From Octopus sinensis (taxonomy: Eukaryota), in NCBI RefSeq assembly GCF_006345805.1, contig NC_043008.1:6696001-6760000 (forward strand): 64,000 nucleotides of DNA. Direction: 5' to 3'. The notes beneath the pieces were generated by a model. That model was not told the origin of the DNA. It made no database searches and saw only the letters and a list, made by a program, of their open reading frames with translations. Position 1 is the stretch's first letter. Each line of letters begins with the position of its first letter. Below, piece after piece: positions 39,790-54,461 of this stretch. The position numbers and the translations under genes were made by a program.

Positions 39790-40609
39790 GGGTCGATAAA
39801 ATGAGTACCAATTGAGTACTGGAGTCGATATAATCGACCTAAGCCCTCACCTGATCATGACACAATTCGAAACCATTATTAAATGTGTTATTAATACATC
39901 CTGGTGTTTTAGGCAACTAAAGTTAAATGACTTTGAATCCAAAGAATGTTTAGTGTAAAAGATCAGCGTAGAGTGTAAGTATGTTCTTTATTTTCTCAAT
40001 TATTATATTTCGCAGCTAAAATTACAAGTTATAGAATTATTAGAATGAGGAAATTTCTAAATTTGATTTTTGCTTTGTGTGGGTGTGAGTGTGCGGGAAT
40101 TTTGTTGAATAGATCTTCGAGAGCATCTGCAAGGCTACATTAATCACCACTAACGCACTACACATAATTAGCAGAATCTTCTATATTATCATTAGGGCCC
40201 CTTTTACTTGCAACTAACAACGAGCTCTGCCCATCCCAATTCGTTGGCAACAAACCAACCCTTAGACCTCTTGCCAAATTAAAGTTACATTACTAATTTC
40301 AAAAAAGTAGTGACTTTTAGAAATCCATGAGCTCGTTCGTGCTCATGGTTTCTAATAATTATTTCGATTACAAAAAAGAAAATGAAAGGAAAAAAAAAAG
40401 GAATTGTGAAGTGACAGAAAGTGTCACGTGATTGTTTAGTTATATTTCTCACCGTTTTTTTTTTTTGCATTCAAATCCTGCCAGAGTAGATTTTACCTTT
40501 CGTTTTTTTTAGGATCAATGAAATAGCATCTATAGCCCCGCCGCCTCAGCAAATTTATGGCCTTCTGCCAATGTACGAAATCGTTATTTTTACTAGGCTA
40601 AATAATGGT

Positions 40610-41045
40610 TTCAAAATTTGGCACTAAGCCAGCAACTTCGATGGGTGGTGGGTGTGTGGGAGGTTTAAGTCAATTACATCGATCTTAGTGCTTAACTAGT
40701 ATTTATTTTATCGACCTTGAAAGGGTGACAGGCAAAGTCAACCTCGGCGGAACTTGAACTCAAAGCGTACAGACAGACGAAATGTTGTTAAGCATTCTGT
40801 CTGCTAGCCGCCTTTACAAGGCTACATATCCTTTCTACTACAGACACGAGGCCTGAAATGTTTAGGGTGGGGGTTAAAGTCGATTGCATTGACCCCGGTA
40901 CTCAACTGGTACTTATTTCATCGATCGCGAAAGCATGAAAGGCAAAGTCGATGTTGACGGAATTTGAAACCTGGGCGTAAAGACGGACGAAATGCCGCTA
41001 AGCGTTCTGCCCGGCGTGCTAACGATTCTGCCAGCTCGCCGCTTT
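40610..41045 (-). mobile_element. Two adjacent family A SINEs
   Basis: Two B-box and central motifs in series. Confidence 0.75.
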
Positions 41046-41329
41046 ATACCTCGCTAAATATTGCAAGATATCTTACTGTTGTGGTTTCCATGTTTTTACC
41101 AACCTACGACACTTCTTAATTGAACTCAATCATATAAATTTAACCTTTTATTAATTCTCATTAATTCCCAGTAATTTTATTAATGTCTTATCCTTATGTG
41201 AAATCACCAACCCCATGCAATGAAATCATAATTGCTCTACAGTATCTTATTTAATGTTCTTATATCGTTCTCAGTGCCTCAGTCGAAACATACTATAATA
41301 AAAGTTTTCTGTGAAAATATTCTCCAAAA

Positions 41330-42420
41330 ACTAAAAGCCCTTCATCAACCTTAACATTCCTTGATGTAAATCTGTGTAAAATTCCGAAGATTGTGGCGTC
41401 ATATGAATTTATTCCAAGGATTGTGCAGTGTTAAAAGCAACAGCAAGCAAGTAGTTGAAATATAGAAGGAAGAAAGGGAGTCTTAGAACCGATCCCTGGG
41501 GCACCCTGGAGCTGTTACAGTGAGAAACAGAAAGAGCTCCCTCAACACATGCGGTGATAGTGTCAACTCTCGATCCAAGATATGAGAAATGAGTGCTGCT
41601 AATAGTCGAATAATTTCGATAAGAGTTTGGTAAGAGTACAATCTATCACTATTTCACGCTGTTTTAGGGGGTGCTGTTTGGCATAAATTTTAAGAATTAT
41701 ATATCGTGGCCTTCGTTTTAAGAATGACGGAAATTTGCTGAAGATTTCGCTTTTAGATTGACCAATTCAAACGATTATATAGAAAACACCTATTTGTTAA
41801 TGCCATTCCCTTTCTAAAGCAGTAAAGAGATTTGGGAGCAGTTTCGGTCAATTCATTGAATCACGAAATAACCGCAGTAAAGTCGCCAATTTGTTTTGAT
41901 GTCATTCTCCTTTAAAAGATGGATAGCTGGGCTCTGTTGGTGATCATTTAGCCGTTATATTGAGCAACTGGCACATAGAACCACTATCAATGCTTTCGTG
42001 TAGCACCAATTATAAAATCGATATTTGAGCACGATTTAGCTGAATTATTGAACTCGAATTGGTTGCAGGTAGTGGAAATTGATTTTTCGGATTAGCTGGG
42101 GTGATATTATTAAAGTATTTTGGAGGAAATTGATGCTGATATTACAGAAACGGTGTGGAATTTGCCGGCAGAGTTGACGTAATTTATGACATTTTAGGAT
42201 TTCAATGGAGATGGGATAATACGGGGGTGGTATTCGGTGTTTAAATGAGGGACCTTTGCATATATGTCGAGTATATAATAATGTAAGGGGGGGGGGGAGA
42301 TTTGGGGCGGTAATCGGGGTTAGTGGTGGTGAAGGTGATTATGGTGTGATTTGGGAAGAAACTGGTTGTGGTGTTGGGGCTGGAAGTGGTTTTGATTGCA
42401 TGAAAAGGGGCTGCATGAAA
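41330..42420 (-). pseudogene. Highly decayed reverse transcriptase region of an L2/CR1-type LINE
   Basis: Minus strand near 41440-41560 encodes CVEGALSVSHCNSSRVPQGSVLRLPFFLLYFNYL (the GVPQGSVLGP..F..Y.NDL motif); upstream YCFRKG resembles QYGFRKG. Confidence 0.75.
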
Positions 42421-42905
42421 ATAGATATTTTATCTGTACGGCACACAGCAATGCGATAAACAAGATTAGTTGCTTGACCATTCCAGATCAGAGGTGTCCA
42501 TCAACAACTGATCAGCCGTATTAGATTCAAAGAGAGAGAAATGCAAAATAGGATTTGTTACATTCATGCCTTTCCGAATTGTATTAGCAACGTAAACGAA
42601 GAGGAATGGCTTCAAACGGTTATAGACACGGTTCATTAACCCCACTTTACTCCCAGATTATCTTTTGCAATAAACGCGACCTTCACGCATAAACACAATC
42701 ACACAACACACACATGCAACCCTTACAGACACATACATACTTAAACACGCGCATATACCTGCTCGCGGTCAATCACCCACATGTACACACACACACCCAC
42801 AAACACACCTACAAAATAGACAAGTTCGCTCGATCATATTCACCAAGAACACCGAAGTAGGGATCACTGGTTACGAACCGTTCCGACATGAGTTAATATT
42901 CTTAC

Positions 42906-43074
42906 CAGTTCCAACATCTGGTCGGTGTACGGCAGAATTCTTCAGCTTCGTTTTGTTAATGAGGTATCTTGGAGGCGGTTCATGTTCGACATTCAGCAGC
43001 AGCAACGGCAGTAGGGATTAATTACTCGAAAATCTAGCAATATTTTAATTAGATTGTACTTCGGGATGTCGAAT
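42906..43074 (-). other. Candidate 5'-type exon (could end in ATG TTG GAA CTG)
   Basis: TTCATTTCAG| acceptor, CTG|GTAAGA donor, CpG-rich unique sequence; no frame is open throughout. Confidence 0.2.
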
Positions 43075-43212
43075 CTGAAATGAACTCTCCACCGTTTAGA
43101 GAAGCGATGTATTCATAACATTCATTTGGAGGTGTGGTTGCAAAATGGTACAGACATGTAAGATGCTGAGATGTTGCGTGTATATGCCAGCCTGTTTGTG
43201 TATATATATGTG

Positions 43213-43295
<83 letters not shown>

Positions 43296-43487
43296 ATATA
43301 CGCAAAATAAGCAACAAGAATATCTTCGGTAATTTGGTACGATCGTTTCACGCCACATCATTTTATTAAATATTGTAAGTATTACAACAGTTTTAAAATG
43401 TTGAGCAATCATTAGCCATTTATAGAGGTTTTCCATTAATACATAATTTTCGTACCATATTCATTTGAATCTCTCTCTCTCTCTCTG

Positions 43488-43522
<35 letters not shown>

Positions 43523-43640
43523 ACGTGTATGTATGTAAGCATACATGTAAGTATATGTGTGTATATAACCATTATATATAATGTATATGTTACATACATA
43601 CGTGTACACACATGTGTATAAGTAAGAATGTTTAAGCATA

Positions 43641-44048
43641 TAGGCGCAGGCGTGGCTGTGTGGTAAGAAGCTTGCTTCCCAACTACATGGTTCCGGGTTC
43701 AGTCCCACTGCATGGCACATTGGGGAAATGTCTGCTTCTACAGCCTCTGGCCGACCAAAGCCTTGTGAATAGACTTGTGAGACGGAAACTGAAAGAAGCT
43801 CGTCATATATATAGCTCGCCAAAAGTAGGTTTACAGTTATTCAGGTATCTCTTTCGAATTTATATATTAGCAGTTTAGATCTTAATTTAAAAAATAAATA
43901 GGAAACAATTATTCTATGCTAATTTAGTTAATTTTATCAAGCTCCCTTTTCAGTTTGTACGATGCAAATTTAAATGTAATAAAATGTTTTAAAAGAAATT
44001 TAAAGGGCCTATATGATAACTGTAAACCTACTTTTGGGCCAGCCTATA

Positions 44049-44102
<54 letters not shown>

Positions 44103-45430
44103 AGAGAGTGTGTGTGAATGTGTGTGTTTGTCCACCAAATACCACCACCACCACCACCACCACCACCACCACCACCACCACCACCACCACCACCACCACC
44201 ACCACCACCACCACCACCACTACCACCACCGCTTGACAACCAATTTTCGTTCTTTTGCCAGAGCTGGATGTTTGGCATCTTTTCTCGGCAATAAGTTCGT
44301 TTATGTTATGGAACAATGCTCTGTGTTGTGAAGATCCTCAGTGTGAGGACTGCTGTGTGATGACAACCAGTGTTGGTGTGTTAAAGTCCCCGTAACCTAG
44401 TGGTTCGGCAAAAGAGACCGATAGAATAAATAACAAGCTTACTAATAAATCTACTGGGATCGATTCGTTCGATTAAAAGTTCTTCAAGACGGTGCCCCAG
44501 CATGGCCGCAGTCTAATAACTCAGACAATTAAGAGAAATACAAATAATCTTTTATCCGCTTTTACGTATTTCAGTCACTAGATTGCGGCCCCGCTGGAGC
44601 ACCATCTTGTAGGGCTTGAGCGAACGCATCGAATCCAGTACATTTTTTTTCGAAGTCTAGTGTTTGTTTTATCTCTCTCTTTTGCTGAAACAATTCATTA
44701 ATGAGAACGTAACCAAAAGGTGCCCCAGCATGGCCGCAGATTGAAACAAGTAAAAGATAAAAGTAATAGATAAAATAGCTTCGATTGTCAAGCAATAACG
44801 GGTGGACATACTGAAAGCCAGACACACAGACATATTCGCGCACACATATTTATAAACGAAGGATTTCTACACAGTTTCTCTCTTGCATTATTTTTCTTTT
44901 TTTTTTACTTGTTTCAATCACTTTGACTGTGGCCATGCTGGTGCACCGCCTTTAATCGAGCAACTCGACCCTGGGACTTATTCACTGTAAGCCCAGTACT
45001 TATTCCATCAGTCTCTTTTGCCGAACCGCTAAGTGACGGGGACATAAACACACCAGCATCGGTTGTCAAGCAATGCTAGGGGGACAAACAGACACACAAA
45101 CATACACGCACACACATATATACATACATTTATACAAACGGGCTTCTTTCAGTTTCATTCTACCAAATCCACTCACAAGGCTTTGGTCGGCCCAAGGCTA
45201 TAGTAGAAGACACTTGCCCAAGGTGTCACGCAGTGAGACTGAACCCGGAACCATGTTGTTGGTAAACAAGCTACTTACCACACAGCCACTCCTGCGCCTA
45301 CTCACTAACAAGGCATTAATCGGCCGAGGGCTATAATAGCAGACACTTGTCCAAGGTGGCACATCGTGGCACTGAGACGGAACTATGCGTTTGGGAAGCA
45401 TAGTTCTGAACGGAACTGCCATGCCTACGC
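43641..45430. mobile_element. Cluster of family B SINE copies in both orientations
   Basis: 43641-43815 (+), about 44100-44545 (+, internal (CAC)n), 44550-44760 (-), 44900-45300 (-, full length), 45305-45430 (-, partial). Confidence 0.8.
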
Positions 45431-46823
45431 GCACACACACAGACATATTCATCTACATACATATGTATATGTATATATACACATCCATATGTATATATAT
45501 ACATATCCGTATAAATATATACATACATATATACACATATCCATATGTATATACATACATACATATACACATATCCATATGTATATACATATACACATCC
45601 ATATATCCATATGTATATACATATACACATCCATATATTTATAAACATCCACACATATATATATGTAATATTTATAAGATTTATATACTTAATATTTATA
45701 AGGTATATATGATATAATATTTGTAAAAGATAGTATGTGTGTGTGTGTGAGAGAGATAGAGAGAGACAGAGAGAGGAGAAAGAGAGAGAGAACAGTATAT
45801 ATGAAATTGGCCTTAATAGAATTACAAGAATATTCAAATAATTGCACGGTCGGAAGTCATCACCCAATTAATACAAGACATATCGACTCTTCATGTTTAA
45901 CACATTGATTACTTTGTTAAGGTGCTCTCGATCAGTGATCGATACACACACACACACATATATATATATATACACACAAATATATATACAGATGGCAAAG
46001 CACTAACAAACTAATGAACGAAACGGTGCTCAATAATAATGGTTAATTTAGACGAGTGAAACGATTGCCGACGGCTGCTTGTAGTTTCGTTACGTGAAAA
46101 GAAAGGAAAAATAAAGAAAGAAAAAATAAAGAAAGGAAAAATAAAGAAGGAAAAAGCACGCAGGTCATCGGTTTGTGCTTTGGGATTAAAACTCGAAACG
46201 AAATCAGACAGTGTCAACTTAAAGACAGCAGAAACCTGACTTTGATTCTGCTGTGCCACAATATTTAGTTATAATATAAAAAGAATTTTCTATACTTGTC
46301 ACAGAAATGAGTTTCTGTGTACTCTTGGGAGAAAGAAGAGAAAAACCTACACCTGAAGACTGTGTGTATAGGAACGGAGATTTAACAAGGAAAGAAATCT
46401 CATCCCCAATACTGAATGAAATAGAGAGGAATTTGATAGAAGGAATAGAAAAACTGGGGGAGTCGGCTGTGGTATTAACTCTATTTCTCCTTTATGCAAA
46501 GCTAGTAAATTTAATCTCAGTTCACATGAAGAAACGAAATTTAAGCCTATTGTGAAAATATTTGTAGTAGGATCCTCTTATCAAATGGATGATTTTTGCA
46601 GAGGTAAAATATAGCATGAACGCAGCTGTAAACGGAATTTGCCTCATGGAAAACTAAATATTGAAAGTATCCAGAATTTGGCTCATGGAAAACTAAATAT
46701 TGACAGTATCCAGTAGAATTCTAAACAGAAGAGAGAGCACTCCTTTCTTGTAACACCAAGGAATTGAAGGTACCAGCTTAAATTCCTCTTCCGGACGCAT
46801 ACTAAATTCAAAGAACTAGATAC

Positions 46824-47240
46824 CTATTTCTTTACTACTCACAATGGGCTAAACAGGGAGGACAAACAAGGACAGACAAAGGGATTAAGTCGATTATATC
46901 GACCCTAGTGCGTAACTGGTACTTAATTTATCGACCCCGACAGGATGAAAGGCAAAGTCGAGCTCGGTGGAATTTGAAATCAGAACGTAACGGCAGACGA
47001 AATACTTATTTCTTTACTACCCACAAGGGGCTAAACACAGAGGGGACAAACAGGGACAGACAAAGGGATTAAGTCGATTATATCGACCCCAGTGCGTAAC
47101 TGGTACTTAATTTATTGACCCCGAATGGATGAAAGGCAAAGTCGACCTCGGCGGAATTTGAACTTAGAACGTAACGGCAGACGAAATACTGCTAAGCATT
47201 TCGCCCAGCATGCTAACATTTATGACAGTTCGCCACCTTT
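46824..47240 (-). mobile_element. Family A SINE head-to-tail dimer
   Basis: A full copy (47006-47240) is followed by a 5'-truncated unit of about 182 bp. Confidence 0.85.
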
Positions 47241-47782
47241 CACCAGAACCATATTCGCATAATTAATGGTTTTATTCTTTTACTATAGAGACTTATATGA
47301 AAAAACTTATGAACTTAAACATATTTCTTTCGCCTTGGTGTGAGTTTTATGGGAGTTACAGTAGGAGGAAATGCCACTTGAACAGCTGAACAATTATTTT
47401 GGTCTGTTTCGGAACACTATGTTTCCTTGATGGACTATTTAAAATTTTTCGAGGTAGCTTGGTAATTTTTATTTTAATTTTTGTTTTTGGTATATGGAAA
47501 TTGCGAGAAGATAAATGTCTTGCTTAATTTTGGCAAAAACTACAAGAAGTGATATATTGTTAATTGCTCATAAAATTTCTTGACGTCTGTGTTTACAATT
47601 GTGTATGATGGTTATTAAAATATTTCTTGTATAACTACAATAAAATTTTCTTGACGTCTTTGTTATAATTGTGCATGACAGTCTGAGAAGTCGGAAGAAA
47701 TGCTGGAATCAATTGCTATTATGATTCATTGTTAGCCGTGTTATTTGGAAACGGTCATAGTGGCTGAAGGTGTGTTTGTATG

Positions 47783-47784
<2 letters not shown>

Positions 47785-47847
<63 letters not shown>

Positions 47848-48018
47848 TATACATACATATATATATATACATACATATATATATATACATACATATTATA
47901 CACACATATATATATACACACATATATACACGCACACATATATACACGCACACATATATACACACATATATACACACACACATATATATACATATATAAA
48001 CATATATATATATACATA

Positions 48019-48059
<41 letters not shown>

Positions 48060-48445
48060 ATATATAGATATATATATATATATATACATATATACACATA
48101 CATACACACATTTACACATGCATATATATACACATACATATATATATATATACATATACATACACGCATATATATACACGCATACACTCATATATATACA
48201 CTTACACACAGATATATATACACATACATACACATATATATACACATACATACACATATATATACACATATATACACACATATATACACATATATACACA
48301 TATACACATATACATATATACATATATACATATGCACATATATATATTTATATACATATGTACTTATATATGCAAATGTACATATATACATATGCATATG
48401 TATATATATAAATGTACATATATGTATGTATGTATGTATGCATGA

Positions 48446-48493
<48 letters not shown>

Positions 48494-48550
48494 TGTGTGT
48501 GTGTGTGTATGTGTGTGTGTGTGTGTGTGCGTGCGTGCGTGTGTGTGTAT
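47785..48550. repeat. Compound (CA)/(TA)/(TG) microsatellite
   Basis: Seen directly. Confidence 0.95.
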
Positions 48551-48807
48551 GAAGAGGAAATCGGATTTTGAGTTATTCAGAACCAATTAGTATAGGGTGT
48601 TCTTTAACGTAATATAACATGATGGTCAAACACACATAATTAAAAAATATTTCTTATTGGTGTGTCAATAAATCGTTATCCGTTTTCCGAATTGCCTCAC
48701 ATTGCAGTCTATATTAAACGTTTGAACGGTATCTTGATAAACAGTTCAAAAACTATTTAGCGTTTTCTTAGATTTTGTGAATGCGCGTGGAAAACGTTGC
48801 CAATATA

Positions 48808-49203
48808 TCTCTCTCTCTATATAAAGCTGAAGTTGTCTGTGTATGGTAGGTTTGGTAGCCTTCAACTAACACTATCTCCTCCGGGACCCTGCGGTACAAG
48901 TTGACCAAAATTGAGAGTATGATAGAAGAAGGCTTGCTCTTCCTTCCGTAGAAGAAACAATTCAAATCGGACCATGTTAACACCAAAAATTATTTACATC
49001 AAAAAGATGCTTTCTTTTCTATGAAAATCCCAATTTTTTTACGATCTTTTGACTGCTGTGTCGCCATTTTTCGGTGTATTTCAACCAGAAAAATGATCAG
49101 TTAAAAAGAATAACAAGCTACATGATGCAAAAGTTTTACTTTTCAAAAATTCCAATTCTAAAGGGTCGAAACAAACCCGAGCAACGCCGGGCGATACTGC
49201 TTG
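48808..49203 (+). mobile_element. Non-autonomous Helitron
   Basis: Begins A|TC, carries the subterminal hairpin CCCG(A)GC-AAC-GCCGGG (49176-49191), and ends CTTG|T (variant of CTAG). Confidence 0.7.
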
Positions 49204-50553
49204 TTATTTTAAAAGACTTTAGAGAAAAGCAACTCGTATTATGTATCTAGTCGTTGTAGTCACCCTTCTCCAACACCTCTCCTCGATTTTTCCTTTACAG
49301 GAATTATTTTCAATGTGTCACAGCAAACTATGTCCAAAAGCTCGTTCAGTATCTAATCAAAAATTGCTTATTATTTTCTAGTTGCATGTATGTATTTATA
49401 TATTTATTTACAATTTTGAATTTGTGTATTTATATTTACTAAGTTTTTGTTCTAGGTATCACTATCGTTCGAAGATCGGAAACGAAAAGCTTGCAATAAC
49501 AATTTGTAAAAAAAATTACATCTTTCAATACCTATAAATAAATCCACATTCTATATTGACTAACTGTATTCGTTTTCTTGCTCATATTCTCCCCCATCTT
49601 TTGTCTCTCTTTCTCCTCCCCCTCTCTCTCCACACTCACACATAAGATTAAGGATGATATCTTTTATTCTGAACCTGTCGTCATGGCATCCGATTGTTGA
49701 TCGTGAGTTGAATCAGTTCTTTCAAATTCAAAACCTTGCCCATATTTTATCAATTCAAGTTCCTTAAAGAAATTCAAAAGATTACAACGGACGTTTCAAG
49801 ACAAAAAATTAGTACTTCCATCCATGGCTTCTGCACCTACTCACCCCGATTCTTTCTTATATTCCAACCAAATTCTCTTCCTCTCTCAGTCTCAGACCCA
49901 ACAGTAACGTTTCCTTTCTGCTATTGATTATTCAGATCAGTTCGTCATCTTAACAATTGTTCTTTCCAAGACTCTTTTAAGTGTAAAAAATAAATTGGTA
50001 TTTCTATATAATGTTACATAGTTTATATATGCGTATATATATATATGTGTGTGTGTATGTGGGTGTAGTCTAGTTATAGGTATGATATATGGGTATAGAT
50101 CTCCAGAAGAATTATGGGAATAGGAAAAAGTGTTTGCAGCACGTAAGGTATTGCACTTTATGACTAAAAAAAAAAAGAAAGAAAACTTAGTTTATTCTAA
50201 ACGTATTAAGGTCTTTACTATTTTTTGGTATCCATAGATATATGAATAGTTCTACACTGTACACACATAATACGCACACACACACACACACACAGACAGG
50301 TGCGCGGACAAACACACACACATCATACACAGGAATACAAGTAGCTACGACGAAGCCGTAGTAATTACTATCTCGAAGTATTTTAGTTTGCACATTCACA
50401 CATACATCGTATTCGTGTGTGTGCGTGTGTGTGTGTGTATATATATTATATATATATATATATATATTTACACACACAGAAATATGTCTCTTTTATATAT
50501 ATATACATATATACGCCTATGAAAAGTATGTGTGTGTGTGTATATATATATAT

Positions 50554-50601
<48 letters not shown>

Positions 50602-50639
50602 TATATATATATATATATACATACATACACACACACACA

Positions 50640-50686
<47 letters not shown>

Positions 50687-51361
50687 TTTACACACAGAAA
50701 TATGTCTGTCCTACATATACAAATATACACACACACATACATACATCAGTATACATATGCCACTCATGTGCATTATATAATGTAATGTAGATATATACGT
50801 ATATCTCATATACTTGAAATTACATTATACACATCAAAACATCTCTGTATCTATGTAGTTATAGCGGTATGTATGTCTATGAATGGATACGTTTGTATGT
50901 TTACACGGCTAACAACGATGTAATAAACAAGCAATTTGATATGTTGTTTGTAAAATTGTTATTTATGAAAATGTCTACCGAGTAAAACTGATGGAATCTT
51001 AGTCGTTTCCTTTTAGCAAACCTATATTTGCATTCCCGTTATTGTTGTTCTTCATGTTGTTTCTTGTTAATGTTAATGATGGCCGTGTTTTTTTTTTGTT
51101 TTTAGCTTTTGATATCGAGAAATATAGTTTTGTCTGAATATCTGAGATAAGGAATTATGATAATTCTACACTGATATTGTACGGAGTTGCGATCTTATCT
51201 TTGTTGTCTCACTGAATTCTGGCCGTTGCATTCTCCACATTTCTACAGGTGCATGACATATTTGGAAAAGTACGTGCAAATTAGAATGCAAGGCATAGAT
51301 AAATCGAGGTCGGTAAAAGCTTCCATAGCGAAAACCGAAAAATTTACCCCAGTGAAATCAT

Positions 51362-51392
<31 letters not shown>

Positions 51393-51404
51393 CATATATA
51401 TATA

Positions 51405-51488
<84 letters not shown>

Positions 51489-51548
51489 AGTAAGCACATA
51501 AATGTGAAGCAAGGGGGAAAAGAGTACTCAAATACCAGAGGTAGAGTA

Positions 51549-51660
51549 ATATGCTTTATTTAAAAGCAGCAGAAATATAACAAAAGCTGTTACTCAGAGT
51601 TTCCCGTTCCCGTTCGTTGGACAGTTTTGTATATTTCTGCTGCTTTTAAATAAAGTATAT
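51549..51660 (-). mobile_element. About 40-bp inverted repeat closing a degenerate hammerhead core (Penelope-like relic)
   Basis: Arms at 51549-51590 and 51621-51660; the loop reads CTGT CCAACGA ACG-GGAA-CGG GAAA CTCTGAG TA ACAG. Confidence 0.6.
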
Positions 51661-51666
51661 ATATAC

Positions 51667-51699
<33 letters not shown>

Positions 51700-51701
51700 T
51701 G

Positions 51702-51733
<32 letters not shown>

Positions 51734-51827
51734 TGTATGTATGTATATATATATGATGTAGCTAATTCATACAATCATTATCTCACCCTTACCTTCTACT
51801 ACCGATATGGTGTGTGGTAAGAAACTT

Positions 51828-51973
51828 GCTTCACAACCACATGTTTCCGGGTTCAGTCCTGCCGCGTGGCACTTTGAGCAAGTGTCTTCTACTGTAGCCT
51901 CAGACCGACCAACACCTTGTGAGTAGATTTGGTAGAGGGAAACTGAAAGAAGCCCGTCGTATCTATCTATCTG

Positions 51974-52051
<78 letters not shown>

Positions 52052-52056
52052 CATCC

Positions 52057-52144
<88 letters not shown>

Positions 52145-52176
52145 CTCCATCCATTTATCTATCTATCTCTCCATCC

Positions 52177-52256
<80 letters not shown>

Positions 52257-52260
52257 CTCG
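51828..52260 (+). mobile_element. Family B SINE 5' half running into (TATC)n
   Basis: CORE-like segment followed by the microsatellite at the usual internal site. Confidence 0.8.
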
Positions 52261-52655
52261 GTCTGTTTGCCTATCTGTCTATCTGTCTGTATACAGAATT
52301 TAAGAAGAGTTACTAATAATTTCATGGTGTAGAGATAAGATAATTTGGCAGATTTATGTAACATGCCTCGAGTCTCCAAGTAATCTTTCATACAGAGAGA
52401 CAAACCGTTAGACCTATTCGAAAACCAGGACTTTGGTCTATGAGAAAACATCAGAAAAGACGAGAAAAAAAACGTGAAGTACTGGATGGAATACTTGTTC
52501 TTGTTGATACCACCCATGACGGAACAGTAAACTATATATATACATGCATGTATGTATAAGTATGCATTATATGCACATATATGTGCATATATATATATAT
52601 TATATATATATATATATATAGATATATATATATATTATATATATATATATATATA

Positions 52656-52739
<84 letters not shown>

Positions 52740-53554
52740 AGCAATCGTTATGTATAAACACAGATATGCCTGTTTAAGCCATCAATCATCATTTATGGCA
52801 GATCTGCATGTTATAAGTCCATATTTGTTATATTCGGTGACTGCAAGGTCATATTATATCAGGGAGGTCATAAACGCACATCCTCTGCTCCAACAACTTT
52901 ACTGAGATTTCATTCAACTTAATACAAACTACTCGCTTCTTACATGCATCTTGTGGAAAATTTAGTTATTTTCTTGATATAGTTCACACAACAACAACAA
53001 CAACAACAACTACTACTACTACTACTAGTAGTTGTAGTACTGCTACTGCTGCTGCTGCTACTACATCCATACATCCATACAAACGCATACACAGAAACGT
53101 ATACCCATGCAGGTTGTTATGCAAGATTAGTAACATCTTATATACACAGTAATCTCTTTCGTTTCAAATACATACACTCGCACACATATGCATATATAAG
53201 TATATCTAAGTGTATATATGCACATATATATATATATGTGTGTGTGTGTGTATTTGTGCATCAGTGTGTGTGTCAGTATGCACTCATCAAAATGGATGCA
53301 ATTAACGCAAATGAAGAGGAATTTAATTAAACATAAATGCTTCTTGCTTTATTACAAGTTGAGATTTGCTGGTCACTTGGGCTTCTGGAATGTCGTCTAA
53401 TTACCAAATTTGCTAAAATTTAATTACAAAATGGAAGTATAATATCAGCATTAAAAATGCAAATATGATTATGTGCACATTTTTATGCAATTATATACAC
53501 GCACCAGCACACACGTATGTACATATATACATTCCTACAGACAGAGATAAAAAC

Positions 53555-53599
<45 letters not shown>

Positions 53600-54150
53600 T
53601 TTTAGATTTGCATGCATGTGTGTATGTATATATATATATGTACACAGGCACACAAAACACACACACATACACACATATATATCTTCACATACACATACAT
53701 TCATGTACATTTACGCGTATATATGCATACAAATGTACGTACACACACACACAGACACACACACGCGCACACAGACCAATCAGGATGTAGAGCTAAAAGC
53801 TTCAGAAGTCTTACATGATATTGCAGGAATCACCGAAGAAGCCAAAGGTTATTCTTGGAATAAGCTCACCCCGAGAGACACTCCCTAAATTGTAAAAGTG
53901 ATACAGTTAATGATTGGTTTGAACATCTGCACGTCTCAGAGGGATGCAGTTTATAGGGGAAGGATTAAACGAAACGGCTGGTGTTGCATCTAGAAGGTGA
54001 AACACACTTGGTAGGACGAGGGAGCGATGGGGGCCGTTGGTTATGCGAAGATGAGTTGAAGACCGTAGGGAATGTTATAGAAGTGGTATAAAGATAGGGA
54101 GGAGAAGAGGGCATGTGTGTCAATATAGGAAGAAATATATATAAGCAATG

Positions 54151-54461
54151 GCCCAGTGGTTAGGGCAACAGACTCGCGGTCATAGGATCGCAGTTTCGAT
54201 TCCCAGTGGTGGTGGCGAACCCTGCTGTACTCTTTCACCACAACTTTCTCTTACTCTTTCTTCTTGTTTCTGTTGTACCTATATTTTCAAAGAACCAGCC
54301 CTGTCACACTTTGTGTCACGCTTAAATCTTTCCGAGAACCACGTTAAGGGTACACGTGTCAGTGGAGTGCTCAGCCACTTGCACGTTAATTTCACGAGCA
54401 AGCTGTTTCGTTGATCGGATCGACTGGAACCCTCGTCGTCGTAACCGACGGAATGCCACGG
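54151..54461 (+). mobile_element. Family E tRNA SINE with an 11-bp target-site duplication
   Basis: A box TGGCCCAGTGG, B-box-like GTTTCGATTCC; TATAAGCAATG at 54140-54150 and 54462-54472. Confidence 0.75.

Noticed and set aside
53775-54060. DVELKASEVLHDIAGITE, resembling a LINE endonuclease motif
   Set aside because: Too short and degenerate to call without a search.
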